Shown: piece after piece, positions 50,629 to 60,047 of the stretch
How positions within the stretch are numbered: position 1 is the stretch's first letter
Layout of the letters: each line of letters starts with the position of its first letter
IMG/VR virus record: IMGVR_UViG_3300033153_004214
Coordinates: 1-64,000 of that record
DNA: 64,000 nucleotides
Strand: one strand, 5' to 3'
From: a virus
Notes under the pieces: generated by a model
Told to the model about the DNA's origin: nothing
Database searches by the model: none
What the model saw: only the letters and a program-made list of their open reading frames with translations
Translations under genes and position numbers: made by a program

Positions 50629-52808
50629 TTCTTAGAATTGAAGCAGAGAACTTTAGGTCGTTCGACAAGCTGGCCTATACGGTCAACAACGTCGGTCTTG
50701 CGTCCATTGAAGGCTACTGGAATCAGGACCCGATGAGGTCTAACGGATGTGGCAAGTGCCTACCAGCAGACACCAAATTGAAGCATGCAATCACTGGTGA
50801 ATATGATACCATTGAACATTGGTATACCCGTGTAGCCGCCGGTGAGACTCTGTTTATTTGGGGTCTAAATGCTGATTGGACATTGTCTCCTACGAAGGTC
50901 ACTTCTGTATTTTCCACTGGTTCAAAAGAGCTAGTTGAGATTGAGTTTACTGATGGGCGTAGTTTGCGGGTAAGTACAACGCATCCTATAATGTCAGAGT
51001 TCGGGTGCAAGAAGGCAAAGGACTTCAAGATTGGAGATATGTGTGCGGGGCCACGCCACCTTTATGTAGATGCTGTTTCGGTGGCTGGATCAGATTTAGT
51101 ATGGCGCCCTATCAGTAGAATTACTCCCATAACGGGTAGGCATTCTACGTTTGATATCTCTGTGGATAACGAAACACATTTGTACGCTTTGGACAGTGTG
51201 ATAACCCATAACTCGTCCTTCTTGACGGAGCTACTGACATGGGCGATCTTCGGTGAAACGACCGAGGGGCAGACCGCATCGGACAAGGTCCGTGACGTGG
51301 TCAAGACCGGAACGAAGTCTTGCAAGGTCACGGTCACGTTGCCATTCATTAAGTGGACCCGAAGCCAGCGGGCAGGAAACAAATCCAACAAGATCGAGAT
51401 TGAGGGGCACGAGTACCACAAGTTGGCGGATGCCGAGGCCCACCTTCTACAACTATTCCCACCGAAGAAGGTCTTTTCCTCGACACTCGTACTTGGGCAG
51501 GGGATCGGCAACAGGCTGACCGGTTGGAAGCCAGCCGAGCGCACCAAGACCCTGTCAGACCTTTTTGGTCTGGGTATCTTCGAGCAGGCCCGTGAGGGCG
51601 TTAGGAAGCTCATACGCGGCTGGGAGTCCTCGAAGGTGGGTGCCAATGCCAAGTTGCAGACTATCTCGCAGCAGAAGGCTCAAGTAGCTGCTCAGGCTGG
51701 GGCGACTCTGGCTCCTGAAGAGTTGACGGCGCTTCAGAATGAGTATGCTCGACTTCGAGATGAGAAGGTGGTTCTTGTTGATGCTCGGCAAACAGCCGAT
51801 GCCTTGTTCACTGTGGCGAACAATACATGGTCAATGGCGATAGCGAATCGCAGCACTGCTATGTCTCGGGCTACTGCATTACAGAATAGTGTAGACGGTA
51901 TTGATAGTATGGAGGTTTGTGATCGATGCCAACGTAAGATGACGAAGGCTGCGAAAGATGCGCTTACGCAGAGCATGAAGGAGGAGTTGGCGACAATACA
52001 GAACTCGTATCCCAACTTGAAGTCGGCAGTGGAGGCCGCAGAGCGGGAGAAGCAGAGTGTGTCCTCTCAGCGAGAAGAGATTCTTGGTAAGATCGAACAG
52101 AAGGATCACAGGCTTAACGAAATCAATGGTCGGATCGCACTCCACAACCAAGCCGCCCAGACGCTTAACATGTTTGATGAACAGGAGGCGGCGGCTCGGC
52201 AGGAGTTGGCGACTGCTGACGCTGAGATTGGTTACTATCAGAAGCTTGATGAAGCCTTTGGTCCCAACGGCATTCCTCTCCGTAAGATGGAGAGCGTGAT
52301 CTCAGTCTTCAACATTGCGCTTGCCCGCATCTGTGAGGGCGTTTGGGAGTCGGAAATCTTCGTTCAGTTGACCACGGAACGAACACTCAAGAGTGGCGGC
52401 AAGAAGAATGAGATCGACATCATCGTTGAAGGTGCGAACGGCCCAACCTACTCTGCCTGTTCCCCGGGTGAACGACGCCGTCTCGACCTGACTCTTCAAC
52501 TTGCCTTGCGCGAGGTCCTCTTGTCTTCATGGAAGACCATGATGCCATTACTGGTCTGCGATGATGTGGTGGACGTTCTGGATGCTCGGGCCAAGGTTCA
52601 GTTGTATGAGAACTATCTGGTACCCCTGTCAGAGAACAATGTCATTTTCGTGGTCAGTCCCGAGTCTACCTTGTCTCGTGATGTCCCACGAGTGTATATT
52701 CATAGAGATGGAGCCGGGTCGAAGGTGATGCTCAATGAGGCAACAAACATCTTGCAGGTGACCGGGCTGGATGTCATGCAGTTGGAGGGTGCGGCTGGTG
52801 CCCAGTAA
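50625..52808 (+). CDS. Rad50/SbcC-like (gp46-like) ATPase, interrupted by a mini-intein in the P-loop
   Basis: The extein Walker A reads RSNGCGK|SSFLTELL. It has a long coiled coil with a CDRC zinc hook-like motif, the signature CSPGERRRLDL and the Walker B LLVCDDV. Confidence 0.8.
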   Translation: MILRIEAENFRSFDKLAYTVNNVGLASIEGYWNQDPMRSNGCGKCLPADTKLKHAITGEYDTIEHWYTRVAAGETLFIWGLNADWTLSPTKVTSVFSTGSKELVEIEFTDGRSLRVSTTHPIMSEFGCKKAKDFKIGDMCAGPRHLYVDAVSVAGSDLVWRPISRITPITGRHSTFDISVDNETHLYALDSVITHNSSFLTELLTWAIFGETTEGQTASDKVRDVVKTGTKSCKVTVTLPFIKWTRSQRAGNKSNKIEIEGHEYHKLADAEAHLLQLFPPKKVFSSTLVLGQGIGNRLTGWKPAERTKTLSDLFGLGIFEQAREGVRKLIRGWESSKVGANAKLQTISQQKAQVAAQAGATLAPEELTALQNEYARLRDEKVVLVDARQTADALFTVANNTWSMAIANRSTAMSRATALQNSVDGIDSMEVCDRCQRKMTKAAKDALTQSMKEELATIQNSYPNLKSAVEAAEREKQSVSSQREEILGKIEQKDHRLNEINGRIALHNQAAQTLNMFDEQEAAARQELATADAEIGYYQKLDEAFGPNGIPLRKMESVISVFNIALARICEGVWESEIFVQLTTERTLKSGGKKNEIDIIVEGANGPTYSACSPGERRRLDLTLQLALREVLLSSWKTMMPLLVCDDVVDVLDARAKVQLYENYLVPLSENNVIFVVSPESTLSRDVPRVYIHRDGAGSKVMLNEATNILQVTGLDVMQLEGAAGAQ
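50757..51212 (+). mobile_element. Mini-intein (152 aa, no endonuclease domain) between the K and S of the Rad50-like Walker A motif
   Basis: Starts CLPADTKLKHA, has block B LRVSTTHPIM, and ends HLYALDSVITHN followed by +1 Ser. Confidence 0.8.
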
Positions 52809-52830
52809 CACGCTTGAGCAAGCATTCGAG

Positions 52831-53460
52831 ATGTACAAAGCTTCCTGCGAGAAGAATGTACCTCTACGTGGGGAGCAGGCGGATGTCTTCGTGGAGCTTA
52901 TCTATCGCTTCGTGGTCTCTTGCGTGAAGGGGCGAGCCTTCTCTGCCTGCACCTTTGATGACTTCCTTAATGAATGTCTCTTGAAGGTCTGGGATTTGGC
53001 GACTCGAATGATTCTACCGCACGACCGAGTCGTGCGTTTCGTTGAGGGGATTAAGACAGTTATTAAAAATAGATGTACCGATCTTCTGCGCACCTCTGCC
53101 TCTTATGATAACTTACTTCAGAGGTACACATGGATCGCTGGCTTTGGAACTCTCCCTTCAATGACTCCTGAATCCATTTGCTGCACCCAGGAGATCGTTG
53201 ACGTTCATCTCGACCTCATCGTGAAGGGTATGATGGATCGGAGCAGGTTTCCAGTTATCACTGAGTCACTCTGTAGGGCAGTTGCTAAGAAGATGTATGA
53301 TAAGTGCCCCGACTCGGAGTTACGTCCTGTGATAAAGGGAGCGAACCTGTTCCGGTTTGATTTCATGATTGGCTATATGCCGATGCTGTACCGGTGGACA
53401 TTTTATGAGTTGCGGGATGAGGTATTGGCTATGCTCGATAAGGTACGACCGAAGGAGTAG
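52831..53460 (+). CDS. Sigma-70 family region-2-like protein (candidate phage late sigma factor)
   Basis: GEQADVFVELIYRFVVSCV...FDDFLNECLLKVWDL...FVEGIKTVIKNRCTDLLR follows the sigma region 2.1-2.4 pattern. No clear region 4 was seen. Confidence 0.45.
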   Translation: MYKASCEKNVPLRGEQADVFVELIYRFVVSCVKGRAFSACTFDDFLNECLLKVWDLATRMILPHDRVVRFVEGIKTVIKNRCTDLLRTSASYDNLLQRYTWIAGFGTLPSMTPESICCTQEIVDVHLDLIVKGMMDRSRFPVITESLCRAVAKKMYDKCPDSELRPVIKGANLFRFDFMIGYMPMLYRWTFYELRDEVLAMLDKVRPKE

Positions 53461-53462
53461 GT

Positions 53463-53852
53463 ATGCCAACATATGAGTTGTGGCACAGGGGACGAAAGGA
53501 AGTGGTGTCCGTCCTTCGTGCTTCCGTTTTGTATACCTCTAAGTACGAGTTGCTCCCAGAGATACTGGATATCTTTGGGGAAGAAAGCTTTCTCAAGTTC
53601 TTGGAAATCTTTGCCGGGCGTGTGTTTCGGGTCCCGACGAAGAAGGAGTTTGCCAATGTAGTCAGAGATGTTGGTATCTGGATGGCCATGTCACACCCTA
53701 ACCCGGAGGTGCGGGCCGCTAAGGAGATGGAGTTTGTGGCGCGGTTGGGTTACACACGAACCCGGATTCGTCAGATACACAAAGCCATGAACGATGTGAT
53801 GGCTGGTATGGATATCGAATTACGGCAGAAGGATGAAGAAGATGCCGAGTAA
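53463..53852 (+). CDS. Small DNA-binding/regulatory protein with a Mor-like motif
   Basis: ILDIFGEESFLKFLEIFAGRVFRVPTKKEF resembles the Mor-family G..a..l...faG..iyiP pattern. Confidence 0.35.
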   Translation: MPTYELWHRGRKEVVSVLRASVLYTSKYELLPEILDIFGEESFLKFLEIFAGRVFRVPTKKEFANVVRDVGIWMAMSHPNPEVRAAKEMEFVARLGYTRTRIRQIHKAMNDVMAGMDIELRQKDEEDAE

Positions 53853-54801
53853 GAAGACCACTAAGAAGAAGGTCAAGCGGAAGTCGAAGAAGACTCCCAA
53901 GAAGGCCAAAAAGCCCGGCAAGAAGACTGCCAAGAAAAAGGCGAAGAAGAAGAAAGCCTCGAAGGCTATCGGTAAGAAGAACAAGAAGGGTGATGTTGCA
54001 GCCACTATTGGCCTGATGGAGCTTATCAAGGGCAAGAAGGATGGGGTAAGTAATGCCTTTGGTGTTCATGGCTGCAAGACTATTCAGTGTAAGTTGTGCC
54101 ATCGTTTCCTCAAAGATGCGGAGGCTATGGCGCTTCATGTTGCTGACTATCATGGTACCAGTATTGAAGAGTACATGAAGCTCTATCCAGTAGACCCTGT
54201 CAATATCAGCCAGAATACTGCAACACTCGCTGAGATGGTTGATGCCCTCATTTTTAAGGCTACTACTGGGGAGTGGCCTCCTTGGTTCACTCAGTCCACA
54301 ATGATCAAACTGCCTGATGACCCTGAAGAAGCTGGCTCTCCTATACAGGATGCCATCACTTTGATGCAGCAGGCAAGACTTCTGCACCTCACCCAGTTCG
54401 CTTCAGTAAGTGAGCGGAACATCCTGACACTAGAGGCGGCATCTGCTAAGGACCCATCGTTGACCACCATGCTGCTTACCAACGTAGTCTACCCTGAATT
54501 GGCAAGCTTAGCTAAGCAGTTGAATGAGAAGGTCAATGCAAAGGCGGCTGCTCAGCGGGCCGGTGTCAAGATAGAGCCAACGTTCTTCTTCTTCTCCCAA
54601 CGTGGTCAGGAGACCGCTGAAGCAACACTGACTATTGATGGCAAAGTCATGGGGGACAAGAAGGCTCGTGCCAATTTGCAGCGTGGGGCTTCAAAAGTAG
54701 CAGGACTTTTGACTGGGCACCTTGATACCCCGTTTCCGCCGACGCAGATGGAGAACATGGCAAAGCTGAAGGAGGCTACCGAAGATGCCGGTGGCGACTG
54801 A
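53833..54801 (+). CDS. Lys-rich protein with a C2H2-type zinc finger; possible small terminase (by position)
   Basis: Contains KKTTKKKVKRKSKKTPKKAKKPGKKTAKKKAKKKKASK and the finger CKLCHRFLKDAEAMALHVADYH (54088-54153). It lies immediately upstream of, and overlaps, the large terminase gene. Confidence 0.4.
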   Translation: MKKMPSKKTTKKKVKRKSKKTPKKAKKPGKKTAKKKAKKKKASKAIGKKNKKGDVAATIGLMELIKGKKDGVSNAFGVHGCKTIQCKLCHRFLKDAEAMALHVADYHGTSIEEYMKLYPVDPVNISQNTATLAEMVDALIFKATTGEWPPWFTQSTMIKLPDDPEEAGSPIQDAITLMQQARLLHLTQFASVSERNILTLEAASAKDPSLTTMLLTNVVYPELASLAKQLNEKVNAKAAAQRAGVKIEPTFFFFSQRGQETAEATLTIDGKVMGDKKARANLQRGASKVAGLLTGHLDTPFPPTQMENMAKLKEATEDAGGD

Positions 54802-57769
54802 ACATCCTTTCAGATTCCCTGTGCAGCCTGAGCATGCTGCGTTTGTGAAGATGTGCCTACAGGCACGCCTCGAAGGCGACACGGAGTTCTTCAACGGGCT
54901 TCCTGACACGCCAAGAACCAAAGTAGTGCTTAGCACGATCAAAATGCTAGAGGACTATGATAAGCGTTTCCAAGGTGTCTTCGAGAAGATCATCATGGAA
55001 ATTATTGATCACGGTTTCAGTGAGACGATGCAAGAGATTGTGATGGTGGACTACTCTGAGGTTCCAGTGCCTGCGTCAGTTTTCTTTAGTGATGACAAGT
55101 ACATGGCTCGCTATGGTTCGGGCCTCTACCCTGCGAATAGACAGGACATGTGCTGGATACTTGACCCGGCGAATGAAATCATTGAAGCCATTCTGACAGG
55201 TTCGATCCGTTGGGGCAAGGCGCAACCGCTCGATGCTGGGATATTGACGCCACATGGGTGGAAGAGTATGGGTGATATGAAGGTGGGTGCTGAGATCACA
55301 GGGGTTGATGGAAAAACTCATCATGTAACTGGCGTGTTTCCTCAGGGGTTGCGTGAGGTTTACAAGGTCACATTTTCTGATGGTTCGTTCACCCATTGCT
55401 GTGCTGACCACCTTTGGGATGTTCGTACTCCGGCAGAATGTAGCAAGAACGCACCTTACCGAACGGTGTCCTTGAAAGACTTGATGCAGTGTTACAAAAA
55501 CAAGCGAGGGCAGCGGCAGGCATTTATTCCCATGGTGCAGCCTGTGGTATTTCAAGAAACTGATCTTCCAATAGACCCCTACCTTCTTGGTGTTTTGCTA
55601 GGTGATGGAGATATCTCTGGCTCAAACTCAGTATCTTTCTCAACTGTTGACCAAGAGATACTGGATAAAGTCAGCAATTCGCTGCCTGCTGGGCTAAGGG
55701 TTAGGCACCGTGCTAATTACGATTATAGTATTACCTGCGGCCAACGAGGTGGCTGCAATTCAATTTTGGGTGCTTTGCGTCTTTTGGGTTGTTACGGCAA
55801 GAAAGCCCATGAGAAGTATGTCCCTGAGATGTACAAGTTTGCTGGCGTTCAAGCACGGCTTTCTATGCTGTGGGGCCTGATGGATACCAATGGTTCAGTA
55901 GAACGCAAGAATAACAAGGTTGAGTTCTCGTCAGCTTCCGAGCAGCTTCGTGACGACGTTGTTTTCCTTGTCCAATCTTTAGGTGGCGTAGCTCGTTGTT
56001 CAGATGGTCCTACGAAAGGCCGACGCAGGTATCGAGCAAGGTTGGCTATGCCTGCTTGTTATGCTCCATTTTCACTAGCACGTAAGCTGCGCAACTATCG
56101 TCCACGAGTACGGTATCAACCAAGCCGTGCTATCGAATCTATTGAGGCAATAGGTAAACAGCAGGTGCAGTGCATCAGCACCGATGCACCTGCATCTCTT
56201 TATGTTACTGATGATTTCATTGTTACTCATAATACAACGATGGCGGTCTGTATGTTCGTTTACCGCCTCTATGTTCTGTCGCTATTACGATCACCCCAGT
56301 CTTACTTTGGCCTGATGGAAGGTTCTGAAATTCGGTACGGTATCTTTAACCTGTTCAAGTACAAGACGAAGGGTATGTACAGTCGTGTCCGAGAAATGGT
56401 GGATCACTCCCCTTACTTCAAGGAGAGGTTTGCACGGCAGAAGGCTAATGTATCTGATCAGTTGAGGTTCCCTCGGAACATCGAGGTCCTTTCGGGATCA
56501 ACGGAACTTCATGCGCTGGGTGAAACGTTGATTGGCGCGATCCTTGACGAGATGAACTTCATGCGCCGAGCCGACCGTAGGGGCCGGGAATCAGCTTTGG
56601 AAGAGCTTGGTCAGGCCCAGAAGCTCTACACAGCTATTCGTGAACGTGCTCGGCTGCAGTTCCTCGCCTCCCCGGGCGGCATTACCCCGTGGATGCTAAT
56701 GCTACTGTCACAGCGACGTGCCCAGACTGACTTCCTTGAAGTACACATCAAGGAGCACGGATTAGACCCGGGAACCTGTGTGGTAAGCCGGGCGATCTGG
56801 GATGTCCAACCGGAGGGTACATATTCTGGCAAGACCTTCTTTGTCGTAATCGGAGACGAGGTTACTTCTTCTCGGATAGTAGAAGCAGGGATGAAGCCTC
56901 CTCACGATGGAAATTTGCTGGAAGTCCCTGAGGAGCATCGTACCGAGTTCGAGTTGAACCTAGATGAAGCCATCCGAAACGTTGGCGGTCGAGCCACCGT
57001 TGCTGCGTCCTCGCTTTTCCGGCGTAGGGAGGTCCTGAAGACTGCCGTGAAGTCCGGTAAGAAGTTTGGTCTTGCTCACCCATTTAGGACTTTTGCTGTC
57101 ACAATAAGTGACAAGTCTCCTATCACGCTTCAGGATATCGTCAAGGATGATGTCTTGTTCTCTGTGCATGAGGGGCATCGCCGGGCACGCATAAACCCAA
57201 CAACACCTCGGGTCATGCATATCGACTTGGCCTCCACGGACTGTTCGGCAGGGATCGCCTGCGTTCACTACCAACCTGAGGGTATCTACAACAGGGTGAT
57301 GGTCGATTTCGTGCTCCAGATCAATCCGCCTCCTAAGGGTCATGGAGAGATTGATTTCGAGAAGATCGTTGATTTTGTACTGTGGTTGCGGAACAATGGT
57401 TTCACTTTCAAGCAGGTATCCTTCGATCAGTACCAGAGCCGTCACTCACAAACGGCTTTGCGAAAGCGAGGCATCGAGTCCAAATATCTCAGCGTGGACA
57501 TCACTGATGAGCCGTATATTCACTTGAGGGGGGTCTACGAATCGGGTCTGATGTCTATATACGAACATCAGGTCCTGACGAAGGAGTTAAGTGAGTTGGA
57601 GCACGATATCACCATACGGAAGGTCTTGAAGCCTTCTAACGGCTCTAAGGACGTGGCTGACGCTCTGTGCGGCGCTGTCTATGGTCTTATGCCTAAGAAG
57701 CCCAGTTTCACCCAACCAACAAAGGTTCAGGTCGAGAGTGGTCCTACCAATGTGGTGCCTATAGTATAG
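54785..57769 (+). CDS. terL: Terminase large subunit (T4 gp17-like), interrupted by an intein in Walker A
   Basis: The extein Walker A reads LTGSIRWGK|TTMAVCMFVY, Walker B is AILDEMNF, and there is a C-terminal nuclease domain. Confidence 0.85.
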   Translation: MPVATEHPFRFPVQPEHAAFVKMCLQARLEGDTEFFNGLPDTPRTKVVLSTIKMLEDYDKRFQGVFEKIIMEIIDHGFSETMQEIVMVDYSEVPVPASVFFSDDKYMARYGSGLYPANRQDMCWILDPANEIIEAILTGSIRWGKAQPLDAGILTPHGWKSMGDMKVGAEITGVDGKTHHVTGVFPQGLREVYKVTFSDGSFTHCCADHLWDVRTPAECSKNAPYRTVSLKDLMQCYKNKRGQRQAFIPMVQPVVFQETDLPIDPYLLGVLLGDGDISGSNSVSFSTVDQEILDKVSNSLPAGLRVRHRANYDYSITCGQRGGCNSILGALRLLGCYGKKAHEKYVPEMYKFAGVQARLSMLWGLMDTNGSVERKNNKVEFSSASEQLRDDVVFLVQSLGGVARCSDGPTKGRRRYRARLAMPACYAPFSLARKLRNYRPRVRYQPSRAIESIEAIGKQQVQCISTDAPASLYVTDDFIVTHNTTMAVCMFVYRLYVLSLLRSPQSYFGLMEGSEIRYGIFNLFKYKTKGMYSRVREMVDHSPYFKERFARQKANVSDQLRFPRNIEVLSGSTELHALGETLIGAILDEMNFMRRADRRGRESALEELGQAQKLYTAIRERARLQFLASPGGITPWMLMLLSQRRAQTDFLEVHIKEHGLDPGTCVVSRAIWDVQPEGTYSGKTFFVVIGDEVTSSRIVEAGMKPPHDGNLLEVPEEHRTEFELNLDEAIRNVGGRATVAASSLFRRREVLKTAVKSGKKFGLAHPFRTFAVTISDKSPITLQDIVKDDVLFSVHEGHRRARINPTTPRVMHIDLASTDCSAGIACVHYQPEGIYNRVMVDFVLQINPPPKGHGEIDFEKIVDFVLWLRNNGFTFKQVSFDQYQSRHSQTALRKRGIESKYLSVDITDEPYIHLRGVYESGLMSIYEHQVLTKELSELEHDITIRKVLKPSNGSKDVADALCGAVYGLMPKKPSFTQPTKVQVESGPTNVVPIV
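55220..56233 (+). mobile_element. Intein (338 aa, with LAGLIDADG endonuclease), with class-3-like features, between the K and T of the terminase Walker A motif
   Basis: Starts with Ala (AQPLDAGILTPHGW). Block B is CADHLW, the LAGLIDADG motifs are LLGVLLGDGDI and LWGLMDTNGSV, block F is VQCIS, and it ends FIVTHN followed by +1 Thr. Confidence 0.75.
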
Positions 57770-57778
57770 GAGAGTCCA

Positions 57779-59596
57779 ATGCCCGAAGATCGAAGAGAGC
57801 CACTGTCCGAGGACCAGATTGGTCTCGGTGGCCGCATCTTCAATGCTGTGAGGCGAGTGATCTATGGCAGACCAAAGATTCAGCGCATCACTCCTGCGGG
57901 CCGGAAAGACAAGCAGCCAAAGGTGTTTGCTGGAGGTGGTCTCACTACTGATGACTTTGAGACGATGTATGGTTTTTATTCAGATCGGATGCGGATCGGT
58001 CGAAAGCGCACTGAGATATACGAAGAAGTAGATAGCATGGACGGTGATGATCTTCCCGCCGCCACTTTGGACACTTATGCTGAGGATGCTTCTCAGACTG
58101 ACGTGGCGACAGGCCGCAAGGTCTGGGCGGAGAATTGCAGTGACAATGTTCGCAAGATCATTGACAGTCTCTTTGAGCGGGTGAGGCTGGAGGAACGTAC
58201 TGAGGCTATCATCCGGGCCATGGCTAAGTACGGTGACCTTCCTGTTGAGCTATGGTGGGAGCCGGGTGAGGGCATTACTTACTGGCGCATGTACCATCCC
58301 AAGTTCTTCAAGCGGTTTGAGGAAAAGGGCACTGGGGAGTTGCTTGGCTTCTATCTTGGCCCTGACATGGAGAACGCTCAAGGTATCAATGTTCAGCCTC
58401 ATGAGCTTATCCACTTTAGGACAATGGGGTCATTGAGCCAGATGTATGGTACCAGCCTTCTTGTCAGCGCGAGACGACCCTTCCGCCGCCTTCGCATGTC
58501 AGAAGACTCCGCGATCATCTACAGGTTGCAGCGCCATCCTGACAGGGATATCTTTACCATTGACGTGACCGGCATGTCTGACGAGGAGGCCGGGGAGTAC
58601 ATGCGTCGGTTTGCGGAGGGGATCAAGAAGAACAAGTTTGTTGACGAGCGCACGGGGAACCTTCGCACCGATTTCAATCCGTGGACAGGTACTGATGATA
58701 TCTTCTGGCCGCATGTTCAAGGGCGTGAGAGTAAAGTTGAGCGACTTAATGGCTCGAACAATGCCAATGATGTCGCGGACCTTGAGTGGTACCTCGCTCG
58801 GTACCATGCCGCTGTTCGCATCCCGCCGGGCGTTTTTGGTTACAACGTTCAGGGTTCCGTCCCCTACGACTCCAAGTTGAACCTCAGTGCGCAGGATGCT
58901 CGTTACGCCAAGATTCCGGCGAAGCTTCAGCACTACTTTCTGCTTGGAGTTAGCCGCCTCATCATGCTTGATATGGCCTTCCAAGGACTCGATCCGTTCG
59001 AGGAGAAGAATGAGTTCACTCTCTGCATGACACCTGTGAGCTACCTCGAAGAGGTGCATCGTCAGCAGTTGGTTGAGATTCGTATTGACATTATAGATCG
59101 ATTGCTGGCTCTGGGTGATCAGGTCAGCTTTGACAAGATCGTCTGGCATAAGTATGTGCTCAAGGAATACGGCAAGCTCAGTGACAAGATGCTTGAGAAA
59201 CTCCTCCCTGCTGAGGATGTCACAACAGAAGCTGGTGGTGCAGGTGGCGTGACTGTGCCTCCTGAGGGTGCGACACCTCCGCCTCCCCCACCGGAACCTG
59301 AAGGACTTGAACCTGAGGGGGCTGAAGAAGCTGGGGAGATGCCTGAGCCGCCGCCGCTTGAACAACTCATACCTGATCATGTTGCGAAGAATGTGGACAC
59401 TCTGCTAGAGCAGGCTGCGGATGCTCTTATACACCAACAGATTATTACGAGCAGCCTTGAGTCTACCCATGCTCGTGGCCTTTTGTTCAAGGAAGGTCGT
59501 ATGCCCGGGGAAGTTACCGTGAAGAGGCGAAACATCAAGGAGCAGTTGACAGAAGACGTGACCTACACTGACTCAAAGGACAAAGATGAACAGTAA
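57779..59596 (+). CDS. Portal protein
   Basis: It follows the terminase gene. EEVDSMDGDDLPAATLDTYAEDASQTD resembles the conserved aLD.YAedA portal motif. It is 605 aa with an acidic, Pro-rich C-terminal region. Confidence 0.65.
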   Translation: MPEDRREPLSEDQIGLGGRIFNAVRRVIYGRPKIQRITPAGRKDKQPKVFAGGGLTTDDFETMYGFYSDRMRIGRKRTEIYEEVDSMDGDDLPAATLDTYAEDASQTDVATGRKVWAENCSDNVRKIIDSLFERVRLEERTEAIIRAMAKYGDLPVELWWEPGEGITYWRMYHPKFFKRFEEKGTGELLGFYLGPDMENAQGINVQPHELIHFRTMGSLSQMYGTSLLVSARRPFRRLRMSEDSAIIYRLQRHPDRDIFTIDVTGMSDEEAGEYMRRFAEGIKKNKFVDERTGNLRTDFNPWTGTDDIFWPHVQGRESKVERLNGSNNANDVADLEWYLARYHAAVRIPPGVFGYNVQGSVPYDSKLNLSAQDARYAKIPAKLQHYFLLGVSRLIMLDMAFQGLDPFEEKNEFTLCMTPVSYLEEVHRQQLVEIRIDIIDRLLALGDQVSFDKIVWHKYVLKEYGKLSDKMLEKLLPAEDVTTEAGGAGGVTVPPEGATPPPPPPEPEGLEPEGAEEAGEMPEPPPLEQLIPDHVAKNVDTLLEQAADALIHQQIITSSLESTHARGLLFKEGRMPGEVTVKRRNIKEQLTEDVTYTDSKDKDEQ

Positions 59597-59888
59597 GGAA
59601 CTACGTCGGGCGTGGTCTAAGCGCGTTAGTATTAGTCGGGGTGATGCTCCGCGCCTCATCAAGGAGTTGTTCTCCTTGATCTTTGAGAAGGTCTACACGG
59701 GTGAAGAGGTACGGATAGGTGGTTTTGGGAAGTTTGCGCTGGAGGAACGAAAGACATATAGTAACTTACTAAAGCGGGTGGTCCTTACAAAACGAGTGAT
59801 TTTTGTACCGTCACCCCTAACGGAACGAAATGATACGAACGCCATCGAGAACGCGCTGGCGTTCGCCAAAGAGCAAGGGAAGGTGTAG
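59586..59888 (+). CDS. HU/IHF-family DNA-binding protein
   Basis: Contains LIKELFSLIFEKVYTGEEVRIGGFGKFALEERK, which includes the GFGxF arm motif. Confidence 0.7.
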   Translation: MNSKELRRAWSKRVSISRGDAPRLIKELFSLIFEKVYTGEEVRIGGFGKFALEERKTYSNLLKRVVLTKRVIFVPSPLTERNDTNAIENALAFAKEQGKV

Positions 59889-59889
59889 A

Positions 59890-60024
59890 ATGGCAGAGAA
59901 GGAGAAGGACAAGAAGGTCATGGTAGAGGTCCCTGCGGGTGGTTCAGTCGAGGTCACCGTCAAGGCTAAGAGTGACAAGCAGAAGAAGGAGGAGTCTGGC
60001 GGCAGGCGTCGGCTCCTTGGTTAG
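59890..60024 (+). CDS. Small Lys/Glu-rich protein (44 aa)
   Basis: ATG 59890 lies 2 nt after the upstream stop (MAEKEKDKKVMVEVPAGGSVEVTVKAKSDKQKKEE..). Confidence 0.3.
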   Translation: MAEKEKDKKVMVEVPAGGSVEVTVKAKSDKQKKEESGGRRRLLG

Positions 60025-60047
60025 GCCCTAGTCGAAGGAGGTGTGTC

